Shown here: positions 37,993-47,187 of the stretch, piece by piece
Layout: each line of letters begins with the position of its first letter
Position numbering within the stretch: position 1 is the first letter of the stretch
Source: Thermodesulfobacteriota bacterium
GTDB taxonomy: Bacteria; Desulfobacterota; Binatia; Bin18
Direction of reading: 5' to 3'
Length of the DNA: 64,000 nucleotides
Assembly: GCA_964291405.2 (NCBI GenBank)
Contig: OZ219926.1
Location: forward strand, 3,104,001 to 3,168,000
The notes under the pieces: model-generated
The model's input: the letters and a program-made list of their open reading frames with translations, nothing else
What the model was told of the DNA's origin: nothing
Database searches by the model: none
Translations under genes and position numbers: made by a program

Positions 37993-38289
37993 ATGCCGAA
38001 AAAAATCCGATCGAAGGTGCTCGCTATTGGTCGTCCATTGCGAGTGGAGATCGAGCTTAATGGTGAATGGCTCGAACGCCTTCGTGGGGTATTACAGGAG
38101 ATAGGAGAGGGAGAGAAGTCCTACCCACTCCATCGTTATCTCGAAGAATTACTGGAAGCAGATATCGTCTACCGGGAAGGCGGCGTGCGGCATCGTAGAC
38201 GGCTCGTAGAACGAGAAGTGCTTATCCGCCGGCTGCGTGAACAGCGACCGTATGACCACACGCCACGAGCCTCTGCGAATAAGCGTTAA
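37993..38289 (+). CDS. Hypothetical protein
   Basis: Only plausible ORF in the gap; charged, no motif; start uncertain. Confidence 0.4.
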   Translation: MPKKIRSKVLAIGRPLRVEIELNGEWLERLRGVLQEIGEGEKSYPLHRYLEELLEADIVYREGGVRHRRRLVEREVLIRRLREQRPYDHTPRASANKR

Positions 38290-38387
38290 TGGCGTGGGGG
38301 AGTGACTGTTTCCCTGTCACGCTCGCTACCGAGGCTTCCCGAGTAGGGTTGACACAACGCCCCTGAAGACGGTCGATCACTCTCCGT

Positions 38388-39191
38388 ATGAGCTTGGTCA
38401 ATCTGCGTATTGTTCTTGTTCGGCCGAAATACTCCGGTAATATCGGCGCGACAGCGCGGGCGATGCGGAACTGCGGGATGACTGATTTGCACCTCGTCAA
38501 TCCAGACCCGATACAGCGTAATGTGGCTGATGCGCTGGCGGTCCACGCCAAAGACGTGCTCGATACCATGCAGATACACTCTTCTCTGCGTGCGGCCGTG
38601 AGTCCCTGTGGTCTGGTTGTGGGGACCACGTGCCGGACCGGCCTGTATCGGGAAGGCGCAGGCACGCTTGAGGCGCGCGCGGCTGAGATTGTGGCCAGCC
38701 TCAAAAGCAATCGTGTTGCACTCGTTTTTGGTCCAGAAGACAGCGGCTTGAGCAATGAGGATTTACGGTGCTGCCATACCTTACTGAAAATCCCAACTGA
38801 TCCTGCGTTTGCCTCACTGAATATTGCGCAGGCCGTCTTGCTATGTTGCTATGCTGTTTTCCGTGGGACACAGCAGACAGAGGATGACAATCAGCCGGTG
38901 TTCGCGTCTTCTGAGCGACAGGAGTTGATGTACGAAAAGCTCAAAGCCGCGCTCTTGCAGGTTGGCTTTCTGCCCCAGGATAACCCTGAGCATATCATGC
39001 TCGCCCTCCGTCGTCTGTTTGGCCGAGCCGGACTGGAAGACCGCGACGTCCGCATTCTTCTTGGTATTGCCCATCAAATTGAGTGGTATGCCCAAGGAGG
39101 ATGGCAGCGCCGGGAGCAGGTCGAGCAGAGGTCGTCGCCGTACCGTACGGCAAAACACGATGCGCAAAAAGTGAGCGAAGATCGTGGCTGA
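38388..39191 (+). CDS. trmJ: SPOUT RNA methyltransferase, TrmJ/TrmH family
   Basis: IVLVRPKYSGNIGATARAMRNCG, ALVFGPEDSGLSNE, SLNIAQAV, LEDRDVRILLG. Confidence 0.85.
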   Translation: MSLVNLRIVLVRPKYSGNIGATARAMRNCGMTDLHLVNPDPIQRNVADALAVHAKDVLDTMQIHSSLRAAVSPCGLVVGTTCRTGLYREGAGTLEARAAEIVASLKSNRVALVFGPEDSGLSNEDLRCCHTLLKIPTDPAFASLNIAQAVLLCCYAVFRGTQQTEDDNQPVFASSERQELMYEKLKAALLQVGFLPQDNPEHIMLALRRLFGRAGLEDRDVRILLGIAHQIEWYAQGGWQRREQVEQRSSPYRTAKHDAQKVSEDRG

Positions 39192-39396
39192 GATCATTTA
39201 TTTGCGGAAAATCATCCAGGCTCGCCGTCGTGAGCAGCAACAAGAGTGTGCCGCTCGGTGTGTGGAGATTGTGGAAAGGAGTCTGCGACATCACATCGAG
39301 GAGTTTGCGCACGCCCCACCCCAAGAGTGGGCGGTTCGCGCCACCAAGATTCGTAAACTCGGAGAAATATTGGAGTATTCAACACATATCGTCTAG
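39184..39396 (+). CDS. Hypothetical protein (70 aa)
   Basis: Start overlaps the upstream stop; helical MAEIIYL... sequence. Confidence 0.55.
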   Translation: MAEIIYLRKIIQARRREQQQECAARCVEIVERSLRHHIEEFAHAPPQEWAVRATKIRKLGEILEYSTHIV

Positions 39397-39459
39397 ACGA
39401 TATTCCTCTGTTTTCTTTGGGGTTGCCTCTTGGTGTGTGAACGAGAGGAAAGGAACGGT

Positions 39460-40050
39460 ATGGCAAAAGCAGCTTCACAATCGACAAGCAAGACAGCGGC
39501 AAAAAAGACCACTAGCGCGACAAAAAAGACCGGTCGTACGCGGAAAAGTCCGGCCAAGAAAACCGCCGTCGCAAATGAGTCGGCGGTCCATGCCGCGATT
39601 CTGACACTACAGCAACGGCTCGAAACCTTAGAGGGAAATCTCTCGCAAGGCTTGACCGCCCTCGTGGCTGAGATCAAGGAACTCCGTTCTGCCGCTCCGG
39701 TCGATCCGCCTCAATCCGGCTTGACTGAAGAAACGGTCGGAGCCCTCCTGCAAGAGACATTACGGAAGCATATCGAGGAGCAGATAGAGCCCGTGACGAC
39801 CACGCTCCGCCGCATTGAGGAGCGGGTTGGTTTTATCGGGAACCGTTTGAAATCGTCAGGCGGAGGGGGGAGGAATAAGTCGGGGCGCCGGGAGCAGTCT
39901 CCGAATACGCGCGCTAAGGGTCCGAATACGCCCCGCCCGGGCCAGAGCCCGGGACAGAATTGGGCACCTCCATCTGCCGCGTCGGTCCAAGGACATTTTA
40001 CGCCGCGTCCAATGAGCCTGGACCACTTGGCTCGAGAAGACGACGAATAG
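39460..40050 (+). CDS. Hypothetical protein with K/T/A-rich N-terminal tail and coiled coils
   Basis: RBS aagga; KTAAKKTTSATKKTGRTRKSPAKK; heptad-like central segments; G/P/R-rich tail. Confidence 0.65.
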   Translation: MAKAASQSTSKTAAKKTTSATKKTGRTRKSPAKKTAVANESAVHAAILTLQQRLETLEGNLSQGLTALVAEIKELRSAAPVDPPQSGLTEETVGALLQETLRKHIEEQIEPVTTTLRRIEERVGFIGNRLKSSGGGGRNKSGRREQSPNTRAKGPNTPRPGQSPGQNWAPPSAASVQGHFTPRPMSLDHLAREDDE

Positions 40051-40083
40051 GACTTAGGGCTGGCTATGACGAAGACCGGAGTG

Positions 40084-40557
40084 CTAGTCAACCGCGTGTG
40101 GGTCCGCTCGGAGCGCAATATCGCGGAGAAAAGTGTTCAGCCGCCGTTTGTCTTTCTCTAGGGAAAGAAAGAACTGGGTGGCGTCGGGGAGGTCGGGGTC
40201 CCAGTAAATGGCCTGCTCGTTATACTGCTGGGTCAGGGTTTGGCTATCCTCAAGGTCGTGAACAACCCGGGACCAGTGGTTGTGCCCTCCTTTTGGTGAA
40301 GCCTCTTCGGCTTCACTCCACTCGCCCTCCAACTCAGCGATTTTATCTTGGATACGCTGGGTAATGCGCTCCTGCTCTTCTGCGGCGGCACGCAGTTGAT
40401 CCCGACCCGCCTGATGGGGCGCAAGCTCCGCGTGGGCGAGGATTTGCTGGGTGAGCTGTTTTTCTGCCCGACAGCTCGTCACGAGTGTTGGCACTAACTG
40501 TTGCGGATCTTTATGCTGCGGCTCCTCAGAGCCGACAAAACGTTGCCAAAAACCCAT
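40084..40557 (-). CDS. Hypothetical helical protein, possibly ferritin-like bundle
   Basis: Four long amphipathic helices; no canonical ExxH motifs. Confidence 0.55.
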   Translation of the reverse strand: MGFWQRFVGSEEPQHKDPQQLVPTLVTSCRAEKQLTQQILAHAELAPHQAGRDQLRAAAEEQERITQRIQDKIAELEGEWSEAEEASPKGGHNHWSRVVHDLEDSQTLTQQYNEQAIYWDPDLPDATQFFLSLEKDKRRLNTFLRDIALRADPHAVD

Positions 40558-40694
40558 AGCGTTCTCCCGGACCGGAAGTACCGTGCCGGGTATGACTTGT
40601 CAAGGTCGGAAACGGTCCCGTTTCTTATCTTCCTTCTTTGCCGATGATAAGCTACTATGATACAGAATGGTGAAGCGGATAAGAAGGAATCACA

Positions 40695-40904
40695 ATGGCA
40701 CGCATCACGGTTGAAGACTGTCTGGCCCAGATCCCAAATCGATTTGAACTCGTTGTCGTTGCCGCGCACAGAGCGAAAGAACTCCTCAAGGGATCGCCGC
40801 GGCTCGTCGACTCGGATAATAAAGAAGTCGTGACTGCCCTGCGTGAAGTTGCGGCTGGCAAAGTGTGGAAGGAAAAGGCCCAAGAGGCGATTGAAGAAGC
40901 GTAG
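40695..40904 (+). CDS. rpoZ: RNA polymerase omega subunit
   Basis: [28 protein letters not shown]...[14 protein letters not shown]. Confidence 0.95.
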   Translation: MARITVEDCLAQIPNRFELVVVAAHRAKELLKGSPRLVDSDNKEVVTALREVAAGKVWKEKAQEAIEEA

Positions 40905-41058
40905 CTTGTTGCCTTTTGCTTTGTGGTATCCAGCGACCTTCCCTCCATCAGACGCGGCGTATCGGGGTACGAGCCCAGCACAGAGCCAACGTGGTTTATG
41001 AGAGACACGGGGCCGTCAGGATCGCCCCTGTTCGTTTTCGCTGTGTAATAAAGCTTTC

Positions 41059-42087
41059 ATGAAACGTGTGGCAAAAGATACAGAGCCCGTTGCCGTGCCC
41101 GTTCTGGCCGAACCCGAACGTGCAGACTCTGTGCCGGTCGAGCAGAACGGGCAGTCAGAACCGCCCATCGAAGTCAGTGCCACCACAGCCGACGAGGCTG
41201 ACAGGATGGAAACGGCGCTCATCCCCACGGATTCTCTCAGTCGTTATATGGCAGAGATCCGTCGCTATGCCCTGCTCTCGCCCGAAGAGGAGCACGAGTT
41301 GGCGGTCCAGTATAAAGAGTACGGCGATGTGCAGGCTGCCTATCGGCTCGTCACCGCAAACTTACGCTTAGTGGTCATGATTGCCCGGAGTTACCAGCGG
41401 GCGTTTCAGAATTTGCTCGACTTAATCCAGGAGGGGAATGTCGGCCTCATGGATGCGGTTCGGCATTTTGACCCGTACCGGGGCGTCCGGTTTCCCTCCT
41501 ATGCGGTCTGGTGGGTGCGAGCGTATATCATTCGCTACATTATGAACAATTGGCGTATGGTGAAGCTTGGCACGACCCAGGCCCAGCGAAAACTCTTCTT
41601 TAATCTGCAAAAGGAAAAGGAACGGCTCGAAGCCGAGGGCTATTCCCCCGAGCCAAAACGGCTCGCCCACAACCTGGGAGTGAAAGAACGTGAGGTCGTG
41701 GAGATGGAGCAGCGTATGGCAGCCCGCGACCTCTCGGTTGATGCGCCGCTTGACGCGGGGGACGAGTCTGCCACGTTTCTTGACTTCCTGGCCGATCAGA
41801 GCGCGAACGCGGAGGAAGCGGTCTCGACGCTCGAATACCAGCAGTTGATCCGTCGTAAGCTGATGGACTTTGCCCAGACCCTGGAAGGCAAAGAGGAAGT
41901 GATATTCAATCAACGTCTCTTCGCCGAAGAGCCCCTGACGCTTCAGGACATTGGCGATCAGTACGGCATCAGTCGTGAGCGGGTGCGCCAACTCGAAAGC
42001 CGGCTCAAGAAAAAATTAAAGGAATACTTAGTCCGTGAGATTCCGGACCTGACGGACCTCGATATTGGCCTAGCTGACGCAGGGTAA
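41059..42087 (+). CDS. rpoH: RNA polymerase sigma-32 family factor
   Basis: LVTANLRLVV, DLIQEGNVGLM, RpoH box VKLGTTQAQRKLFFNL, ISRERVRQLE. Confidence 0.9.
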   Translation: MKRVAKDTEPVAVPVLAEPERADSVPVEQNGQSEPPIEVSATTADEADRMETALIPTDSLSRYMAEIRRYALLSPEEEHELAVQYKEYGDVQAAYRLVTANLRLVVMIARSYQRAFQNLLDLIQEGNVGLMDAVRHFDPYRGVRFPSYAVWWVRAYIIRYIMNNWRMVKLGTTQAQRKLFFNLQKEKERLEAEGYSPEPKRLAHNLGVKEREVVEMEQRMAARDLSVDAPLDAGDESATFLDFLADQSANAEEAVSTLEYQQLIRRKLMDFAQTLEGKEEVIFNQRLFAEEPLTLQDIGDQYGISRERVRQLESRLKKKLKEYLVREIPDLTDLDIGLADAG

Positions 42088-42131
42088 TCTTTTCCTTCAT
42101 ATTGCCACCGAGCGGAGAATCGGTTTATAGT

Positions 42132-42875
42132 GTGACTGTGCATGAACTGGATGCGGGTATCGTCGTCATTGGCAACGAAATACTGTCCGGCAAGACGGTC
42201 GATACCAATTCGCCCTTCCTGGCAAAGGAACTCCGAGAGATTGGAGTGACCCTGAAGCGGGTCGTCGTGATCCCTGACGAACTCGACATCATTACCGAGA
42301 CGGTGCGTGATTTTCACCGCCAGTTCGATATTGTCTTTACCTCAGGCGGTGTCGGCCCAACGCATGACGACATTACCATCGAAGGGGTCGCGCACGCCTT
42401 GGAGCGAAAGGTTATCCGCCATCCCGTGCTAGAGGAAAAGTTACGCTCCTATCTCAACGGCCGGCCGGCAAATAGCGCCTATCTCAAGATGGCGGAAGCG
42501 CCTGAAGGGGCTGAGTTGATTGAGGATGGCGCGGTCCGTTTCCCGACGATCAAAGTGGAAAATGTGTATGTCCTGCCCGGTATCCCGGATATTTTTCGGC
42601 AGAAATTCCTGGCGTTCAAGAGTCGTTTTGCCGCAGACCCCTATTATCTCAAGGTGCTCTACACGCGCGAATATGAGAGCGTGATTGCTGGTTTCCTGAA
42701 TGAAACATTACGTGTGTATCCGGAGGTGATGCTCGGGTCGTATCCGAAGAATAACGATCCTGAGTACCGGGTCAAAATCACCCTTGAGTCAAAAGATAAA
42801 CATTACGTCGATCGGGCTTTTCAACATTTGATCACGTTGCTCCCTGAGGGGTGTGTGGTGAAAACAGAGGGGTGA
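42132..42875 (+). CDS. CinA N-terminal/COG1058 molybdopterin-binding domain protein
   Basis: VIGNEILSGKTVDTN, TSGGVGPTHDDIT, YVLPGIP, GSYP; no PncC domain. Confidence 0.85.
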   Translation: MTVHELDAGIVVIGNEILSGKTVDTNSPFLAKELREIGVTLKRVVVIPDELDIITETVRDFHRQFDIVFTSGGVGPTHDDITIEGVAHALERKVIRHPVLEEKLRSYLNGRPANSAYLKMAEAPEGAELIEDGAVRFPTIKVENVYVLPGIPDIFRQKFLAFKSRFAADPYYLKVLYTREYESVIAGFLNETLRVYPEVMLGSYPKNNDPEYRVKITLESKDKHYVDRAFQHLITLLPEGCVVKTEG

Positions 42876-42885
42876 GGAGGATGTC

Positions 42886-43260
42886 ATGGGAAAAACGTTA
42901 TCGGTTTCATTGTGCGGCTGTGTGCTGGGGCTAGTGTTGTCTGCTCCGCCGCCCGCGTCGGCCAACCCCGACTATCTCGAAGACGCCGGACTTGGAACGG
43001 CGACCGTCGCGGCCAATGTGTTTTACATTCCGGCCAAGCTGACGTACGCCACCCTAGGTGGTATTACCGGCGGTCTGGCCTATGTGCTGACCGGGACCAA
43101 CCGCGAGATTGCCGAACGGGTGTGGAAGCCGTCCATGGGCGGAGACTATATTGTGAAGCGGCGGCATATTCAGGGAGAGGAAACCCTCTACTTCAGCGCG
43201 CCTCTCCCCCGGACGGATGACAGGGCTCTCAACGCGGAACCGCTCCCGCCAGCCTACTAA
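42886..43260 (+). CDS. Hypothetical exported/membrane protein
   Basis: Signal peptide ending ASA; hydrophobic NVFYIPAKLTYATLGGITGGLAYVL; RBS gaggagg. Confidence 0.65.
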   Translation: MGKTLSVSLCGCVLGLVLSAPPPASANPDYLEDAGLGTATVAANVFYIPAKLTYATLGGITGGLAYVLTGTNREIAERVWKPSMGGDYIVKRRHIQGEETLYFSAPLPRTDDRALNAEPLPPAY

Positions 43261-43280
43261 CCCGTCCCGAGGAATAGCGC

Positions 43281-43892
43281 ATGAGCAGGCTGCGACTAGG
43301 TCTTTCCATCTGCGTGCTCGTGCTGCTTGGCCTGGGCGTCTGGGCCGGTCTCTCTTTCCAGCGGATGCGGACTGCAGCGCTGCAATGGGAGGGGCCGGTC
43401 GCCGAAATCCTGAGTGAACGGCTCGACAAGCGCGCCGATACCATGACGATGGAGTTCACCTCCCGGCTCGACGCCCCGCTGGCCGATATCTGGCAGGCGT
43501 TCTCCGAGCCGGAACGGAGCGCGGAGTTCAGCGAGACCATCCGTGTGTCTCGTCTCCTTCAAGCCCAGGGCAACCGGAAGCTCATCCTCTTTGAGATGGT
43601 CATGCTCGGCCAGCCACAGCGGCTGAGTATGCAGTTCACCTTTCTGCCCGGAGAAAACCGGGTCCGTATCCGGAGCGTCGAAAGCCAAATGAGCGACATT
43701 CAGGGCGAATACCGCTTTACGTCTTCACCGGACGGAACCAAAACCCTGCTGACCTATACCGGTACGCTGAAAGACAAGGTCAGCCTGCCGGTCCCTCTGG
43801 CCCTGCAAAAGAACGCCGCGCGTGAAAGTTTCGTCTCCACCGTGCGTGCTTTGAAAAAGGGTGTGGAGAGTCAGAATACAGCAGGCTCATAG
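43281..43892 (+). CDS. SRPBCC/START-like domain protein with N-terminal membrane anchor
   Basis: TM helix then LDAPLADIWQAFSEPE, GEYRFTSSPDGTKTLLTY. Confidence 0.65.
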   Translation: MSRLRLGLSICVLVLLGLGVWAGLSFQRMRTAALQWEGPVAEILSERLDKRADTMTMEFTSRLDAPLADIWQAFSEPERSAEFSETIRVSRLLQAQGNRKLILFEMVMLGQPQRLSMQFTFLPGENRVRIRSVESQMSDIQGEYRFTSSPDGTKTLLTYTGTLKDKVSLPVPLALQKNAARESFVSTVRALKKGVESQNTAGS

Positions 43893-43942
43893 CCCGGCCA
43901 GCAGCCGGGTCAGGGTGACTGCGGAGGGACTGGATCATATAT

Positions 43943-44458
43943 CTATGTATCCTCCGGTTGCGCCTGTTCTGAGGAGGGGATCGTGGCAAAAACCTCTTCC
44001 TTATGTTCCCGGAGGAACTGCGCGACATCTTTTGAAGCGCGGAGCAGAATTTCAATATGGGCGACGTCCGCACTCGATACGCTGGCCAGCGTGTGGTGAT
44101 AGGCGCCCAGGGCGGCTATGAGGTCGGTCTGCCGGTCCGGGATCACTTCAAATTTCTCCGTTAGACAGGCGTTAATGCGTTCTGCCAACGCGTCGAAGGT
44201 CTCCTGCTCGACGCCTTCGGTCGTCCCTGAGATCAACTCCTGCCAGAGCATCTCTATGGCATACCGGGCGGGGTGCTCGCGCCGCAGGCCGGCGCTGAGC
44301 TGGTAGAGCTGATTGGCGAGGGGCTGCCAGCGCGCGGGACGTTTGTGGGAGACTAAGGCGTTGGCCTTCAGCAGACGGGCGTGCAAGGCGCTGAGACCGT
44401 ACTGTTCGGTTAAGAGCTGAATCAGCGTATCAAACTCACGTGACGTGACGTGTGCCAT
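43943..44458 (-). CDS. Hypothetical protein
   Basis: RBS aaagga before MAHVTSREF; helical. Confidence 0.6.
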   Translation of the reverse strand: MAHVTSREFDTLIQLLTEQYGLSALHARLLKANALVSHKRPARWQPLANQLYQLSAGLRREHPARYAIEMLWQELISGTTEGVEQETFDALAERINACLTEKFEVIPDRQTDLIAALGAYHHTLASVSSADVAHIEILLRASKDVAQFLREHKEEVFATIPSSEQAQPEDT

Positions 44459-44668
44459 GGTATTCCTTTCTGACGATATCCGGGCTCGGTTGGGTGACTC
44501 GTATGCCAGTAATCGCGCGATCATGACAAAAACCCGTGCCGCTCGCAATGCGCTCGTTTTCTTGCCCCTCGTTCAGACTTGGTCTAAAGAAGAAGAGGCT
44601 GTGGTTGGAAACTGCTGCGGGAGCGGTCACAGACCGGAGACCCTTCGAGAAAAAAGAGAGGGAACAGG

Positions 44669-45388
44669 ATGCCGACAGACCACGAAAAAATTCTTGAAAT
44701 TATCCGCCTCAAAGACAAGGCTCCACTTGCCTTGGCGCGGGACAAAACCGCCCTGCTGGTGATTGATATGCAGCGCTATTTTGTCAGCCCCCATTACCCG
44801 CTGATGCAAACCTTTGAGAAATTGGTCCCTGGGGTGAGCGCCGCCTACTGCGAGCGGGTCAATGCGTCCGTCATTCCCAATATCAATCGTTTGCTGGGCT
44901 GCTTTCGGACCAAGCAGATGCCGGTTATGTACACCGCCATTGGCACCTGCCTTAAGGATGGGCAGGATTTGAACCCCATGTGGAAGGCGCTCGATCAACT
45001 CAGCCTGGATACGATAGGCGAGCGCATGTTCCCTGCGGTTGACGAGCCGAGCTGGCAGATTGACGACAGCGTTGCGCCGCAACCGGGTGAGCTGGTTGTG
45101 AACAAAACATCGAGCGGCACCCTGAACTCTACCATGCTCGACCAGACGCTCCGCAATATGGGGATTACCTCGCTCCTGATCTGCGGGGTGACAACGGATG
45201 TATGTGTCGAAACCACGGCCCGGGACGCGGCCGACCGGGGCTTTGACGTCACCATTGTCGAGGATGCCTGCACGGCCTTCAGTTCGGACCTGCACCGGGC
45301 GGCTCTCCAGGCGTTCAGCTATGCATTCGGCCGGGTCCGCAAAACGCACGAGTTGATTCATATCGTGAACACCGCAGAGGCCGTGTGA
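44669..45388 (+). CDS. Isochorismatase family cysteine hydrolase
   Basis: ALLVIDMQRYF, NKTSSG, GVTTDVCVETTARDAADRGF, EDAC. Confidence 0.9.
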   Translation: MPTDHEKILEIIRLKDKAPLALARDKTALLVIDMQRYFVSPHYPLMQTFEKLVPGVSAAYCERVNASVIPNINRLLGCFRTKQMPVMYTAIGTCLKDGQDLNPMWKALDQLSLDTIGERMFPAVDEPSWQIDDSVAPQPGELVVNKTSSGTLNSTMLDQTLRNMGITSLLICGVTTDVCVETTARDAADRGFDVTIVEDACTAFSSDLHRAALQAFSYAFGRVRKTHELIHIVNTAEAV

Positions 45389-45398
45389 AAGAAAAAAA

Positions 45399-46598
45399 AT
45401 GAAAGCCCTGGTCTTTGCCAAGACGGCCCAGAAAGACGCGCCTCCGGCCCCGGAGTTTTTGCCCGGTCTGGCCAATCTCCAGTTATGCGACGTGCCCACC
45501 CCCGACCTGCCCAATGAACGCTGGGTGGTGGTCAAAAGTAAAATTTCCGGCATCTGCGGCAGCGACCTGGGCTTTTTGCAGTGGAAGCCTATGCCCGCGG
45601 CCGAGCCGTATTTCGAGCTGCCCCTGATTCCCGGCCACGAACTGTTCGGCGAGGTGGCCGCGGTGGGCAAGCGCGTGCGCGGGCTCCGGGTCGGCCAACG
45701 GGTGACCGTCGATCCCACGCTCGGCTGTCGGGAACGGGGCTTTCGGAAGCTGTGCCCACAGTGTCGAAACGGAAACCCCGGGATTTGTGAACATATTGCT
45801 GAGGGACAGCTTCGTCCTGGACTATTAATCGGCATCTGTCCCGATACCGGCGGCGGCTGGGGGGAATATTTTGTTGCCCCCGCACACCGGCTGACACCCT
45901 TGCCGGATACGATAGACGATGATGAAGCCTCGCTGATCGAACCGTTTGCCGTGTGTCTTCGGGCGGTGCTTAACAATCCGCCTCGGCGCAAAGAACTGGT
46001 GATGGTGATCGGCGCTGGGACGATTGGTCTGATGAATATCGCTGCGCTCAAGGCCGTTGAGCCGTCCTGCCGGGTGGCGTGTATTGCCAAGTACCCGTTT
46101 CAGGCCAGATTGGCGCGTCGTCTTGGGGCGGATCACATTATCGATGCCCAAAAGCAGGATGTCATGGTCCAGGTTGGCGAACTGGCCCAGACCAAGGTCT
46201 ATCCACTCTCCGGCGGCGGCGCGGTCCTGGCCGGTGGGGTGCGGCTGGTCTACGATACGGTCACCAATTCGGTCACACTCAATCAGGCGCTGCGCATGGC
46301 GCGAGGCCAGGGAGCCGTTATTGTGCTCGGTTTGGCCGCGCTGCCCGAAGGCGTTGACTGGACGCCGACCTGGATGAAAGAGATTGCTATCGTTGGGAGT
46401 CTGACGTATGGGGCCGAGACGTTTCGGGGCAAACGTCAGGATACGTTTGTGCGCGCGGTCGAACTCTTGAGACGCCGACGCGCAGACTTGCGCGCGATCC
46501 GCCCGCGCAAGTATCCGCTTGAGCAGTTCCGCCAAGCCCTGACCGAAGCCGCCAGCAAGAAAACCTCGGGGGCGGTCAAGGTCTCGTTTGTCCCCTGA
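45399..46598 (+). CDS. Zinc-dependent alcohol dehydrogenase (MDR) family
   Basis: GICGSD, PGHE, C..C..C...C zinc loop, IEPFAV, GAGTIG. Confidence 0.9.
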   Translation: MKALVFAKTAQKDAPPAPEFLPGLANLQLCDVPTPDLPNERWVVVKSKISGICGSDLGFLQWKPMPAAEPYFELPLIPGHELFGEVAAVGKRVRGLRVGQRVTVDPTLGCRERGFRKLCPQCRNGNPGICEHIAEGQLRPGLLIGICPDTGGGWGEYFVAPAHRLTPLPDTIDDDEASLIEPFAVCLRAVLNNPPRRKELVMVIGAGTIGLMNIAALKAVEPSCRVACIAKYPFQARLARRLGADHIIDAQKQDVMVQVGELAQTKVYPLSGGGAVLAGGVRLVYDTVTNSVTLNQALRMARGQGAVIVLGLAALPEGVDWTPTWMKEIAIVGSLTYGAETFRGKRQDTFVRAVELLRRRRADLRAIRPRKYPLEQFRQALTEAASKKTSGAVKVSFVP

Positions 46599-46621
46599 CT
46601 GCTCCCGATAAAGAAGATCGC

Positions 46622-47002
46622 TTATTTCATGGCTTCCACCAACGGGACAATGGTTCCACTGTCAAAATAATCGCACCATTTGCTAATCTTACCGCCGGTG
46701 ATGGTGAAGACGCCGAGAACAGGTAACAAGACCTGAACGTCCCCTTTGACCCAGGTCTCCATACGCTCGTTTGTGACGATATCACCGGAGGAGGCCGTGT
46801 GAGGGATCTCCATCTTTTGCAGTAAGTTTGCGCCGATAAAAGGATCAAGGACCTCACGCACACCGGCATGGCCGGTCACCGGCTCCCACGGTATGTTATG
46901 ATAGAAGACGTCCTCTGACAGATAAGACACCACCGTGTCCATATTCCCACTGCTCAAGGCATTGCAAAACTCCGTCACGAGGGCTTCATTCTCGGTGCTC
47001 AT
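46622..47002 (-). CDS. Limonene-1,2-epoxide hydrolase family (NTF2-like)
   Basis: YHNIP, VTNERME, LPVLGVF, GKISKWCDYFD. Confidence 0.85.
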   Translation of the reverse strand: MSTENEALVTEFCNALSSGNMDTVVSYLSEDVFYHNIPWEPVTGHAGVREVLDPFIGANLLQKMEIPHTASSGDIVTNERMETWVKGDVQVLLPVLGVFTITGGKISKWCDYFDSGTIVPLVEAMK

Positions 47003-47187
47003 ACTTCCTCCTTTAGGTTCATATGCTCGTGTCTCGCTAGCATAGGGGGGTGGTGGCTGCAAGCGAACTGTCATGGCGGACTTCGGAATCCCGTCTTGTG
47101 GCACTCACCTGTATTGCGCTGAACGGGCGGAGTGTGCAAAACATGCAGCATGGGTCGCCCTGGTAGACCCCGTAGCAACCGTTTCTT

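Noticed and set aside
40905-41058. Possible ncRNA or RNA thermometer between rpoZ and rpoH
   Set aside because: Only a short ggggc/gcccc stem is visible, with no recognisable family motif; cannot be supported without folding or a covariance search.
44627-46090. 487-aa minus-strand ORF, and similar long antisense ORFs (229-1203, 1651-2631, 7502-8518, 15198-16355, 17378-18625)
   Set aside because: They lie opposite well-supported genes and show no motifs; long shadow ORFs are expected in GC-rich coding DNA.
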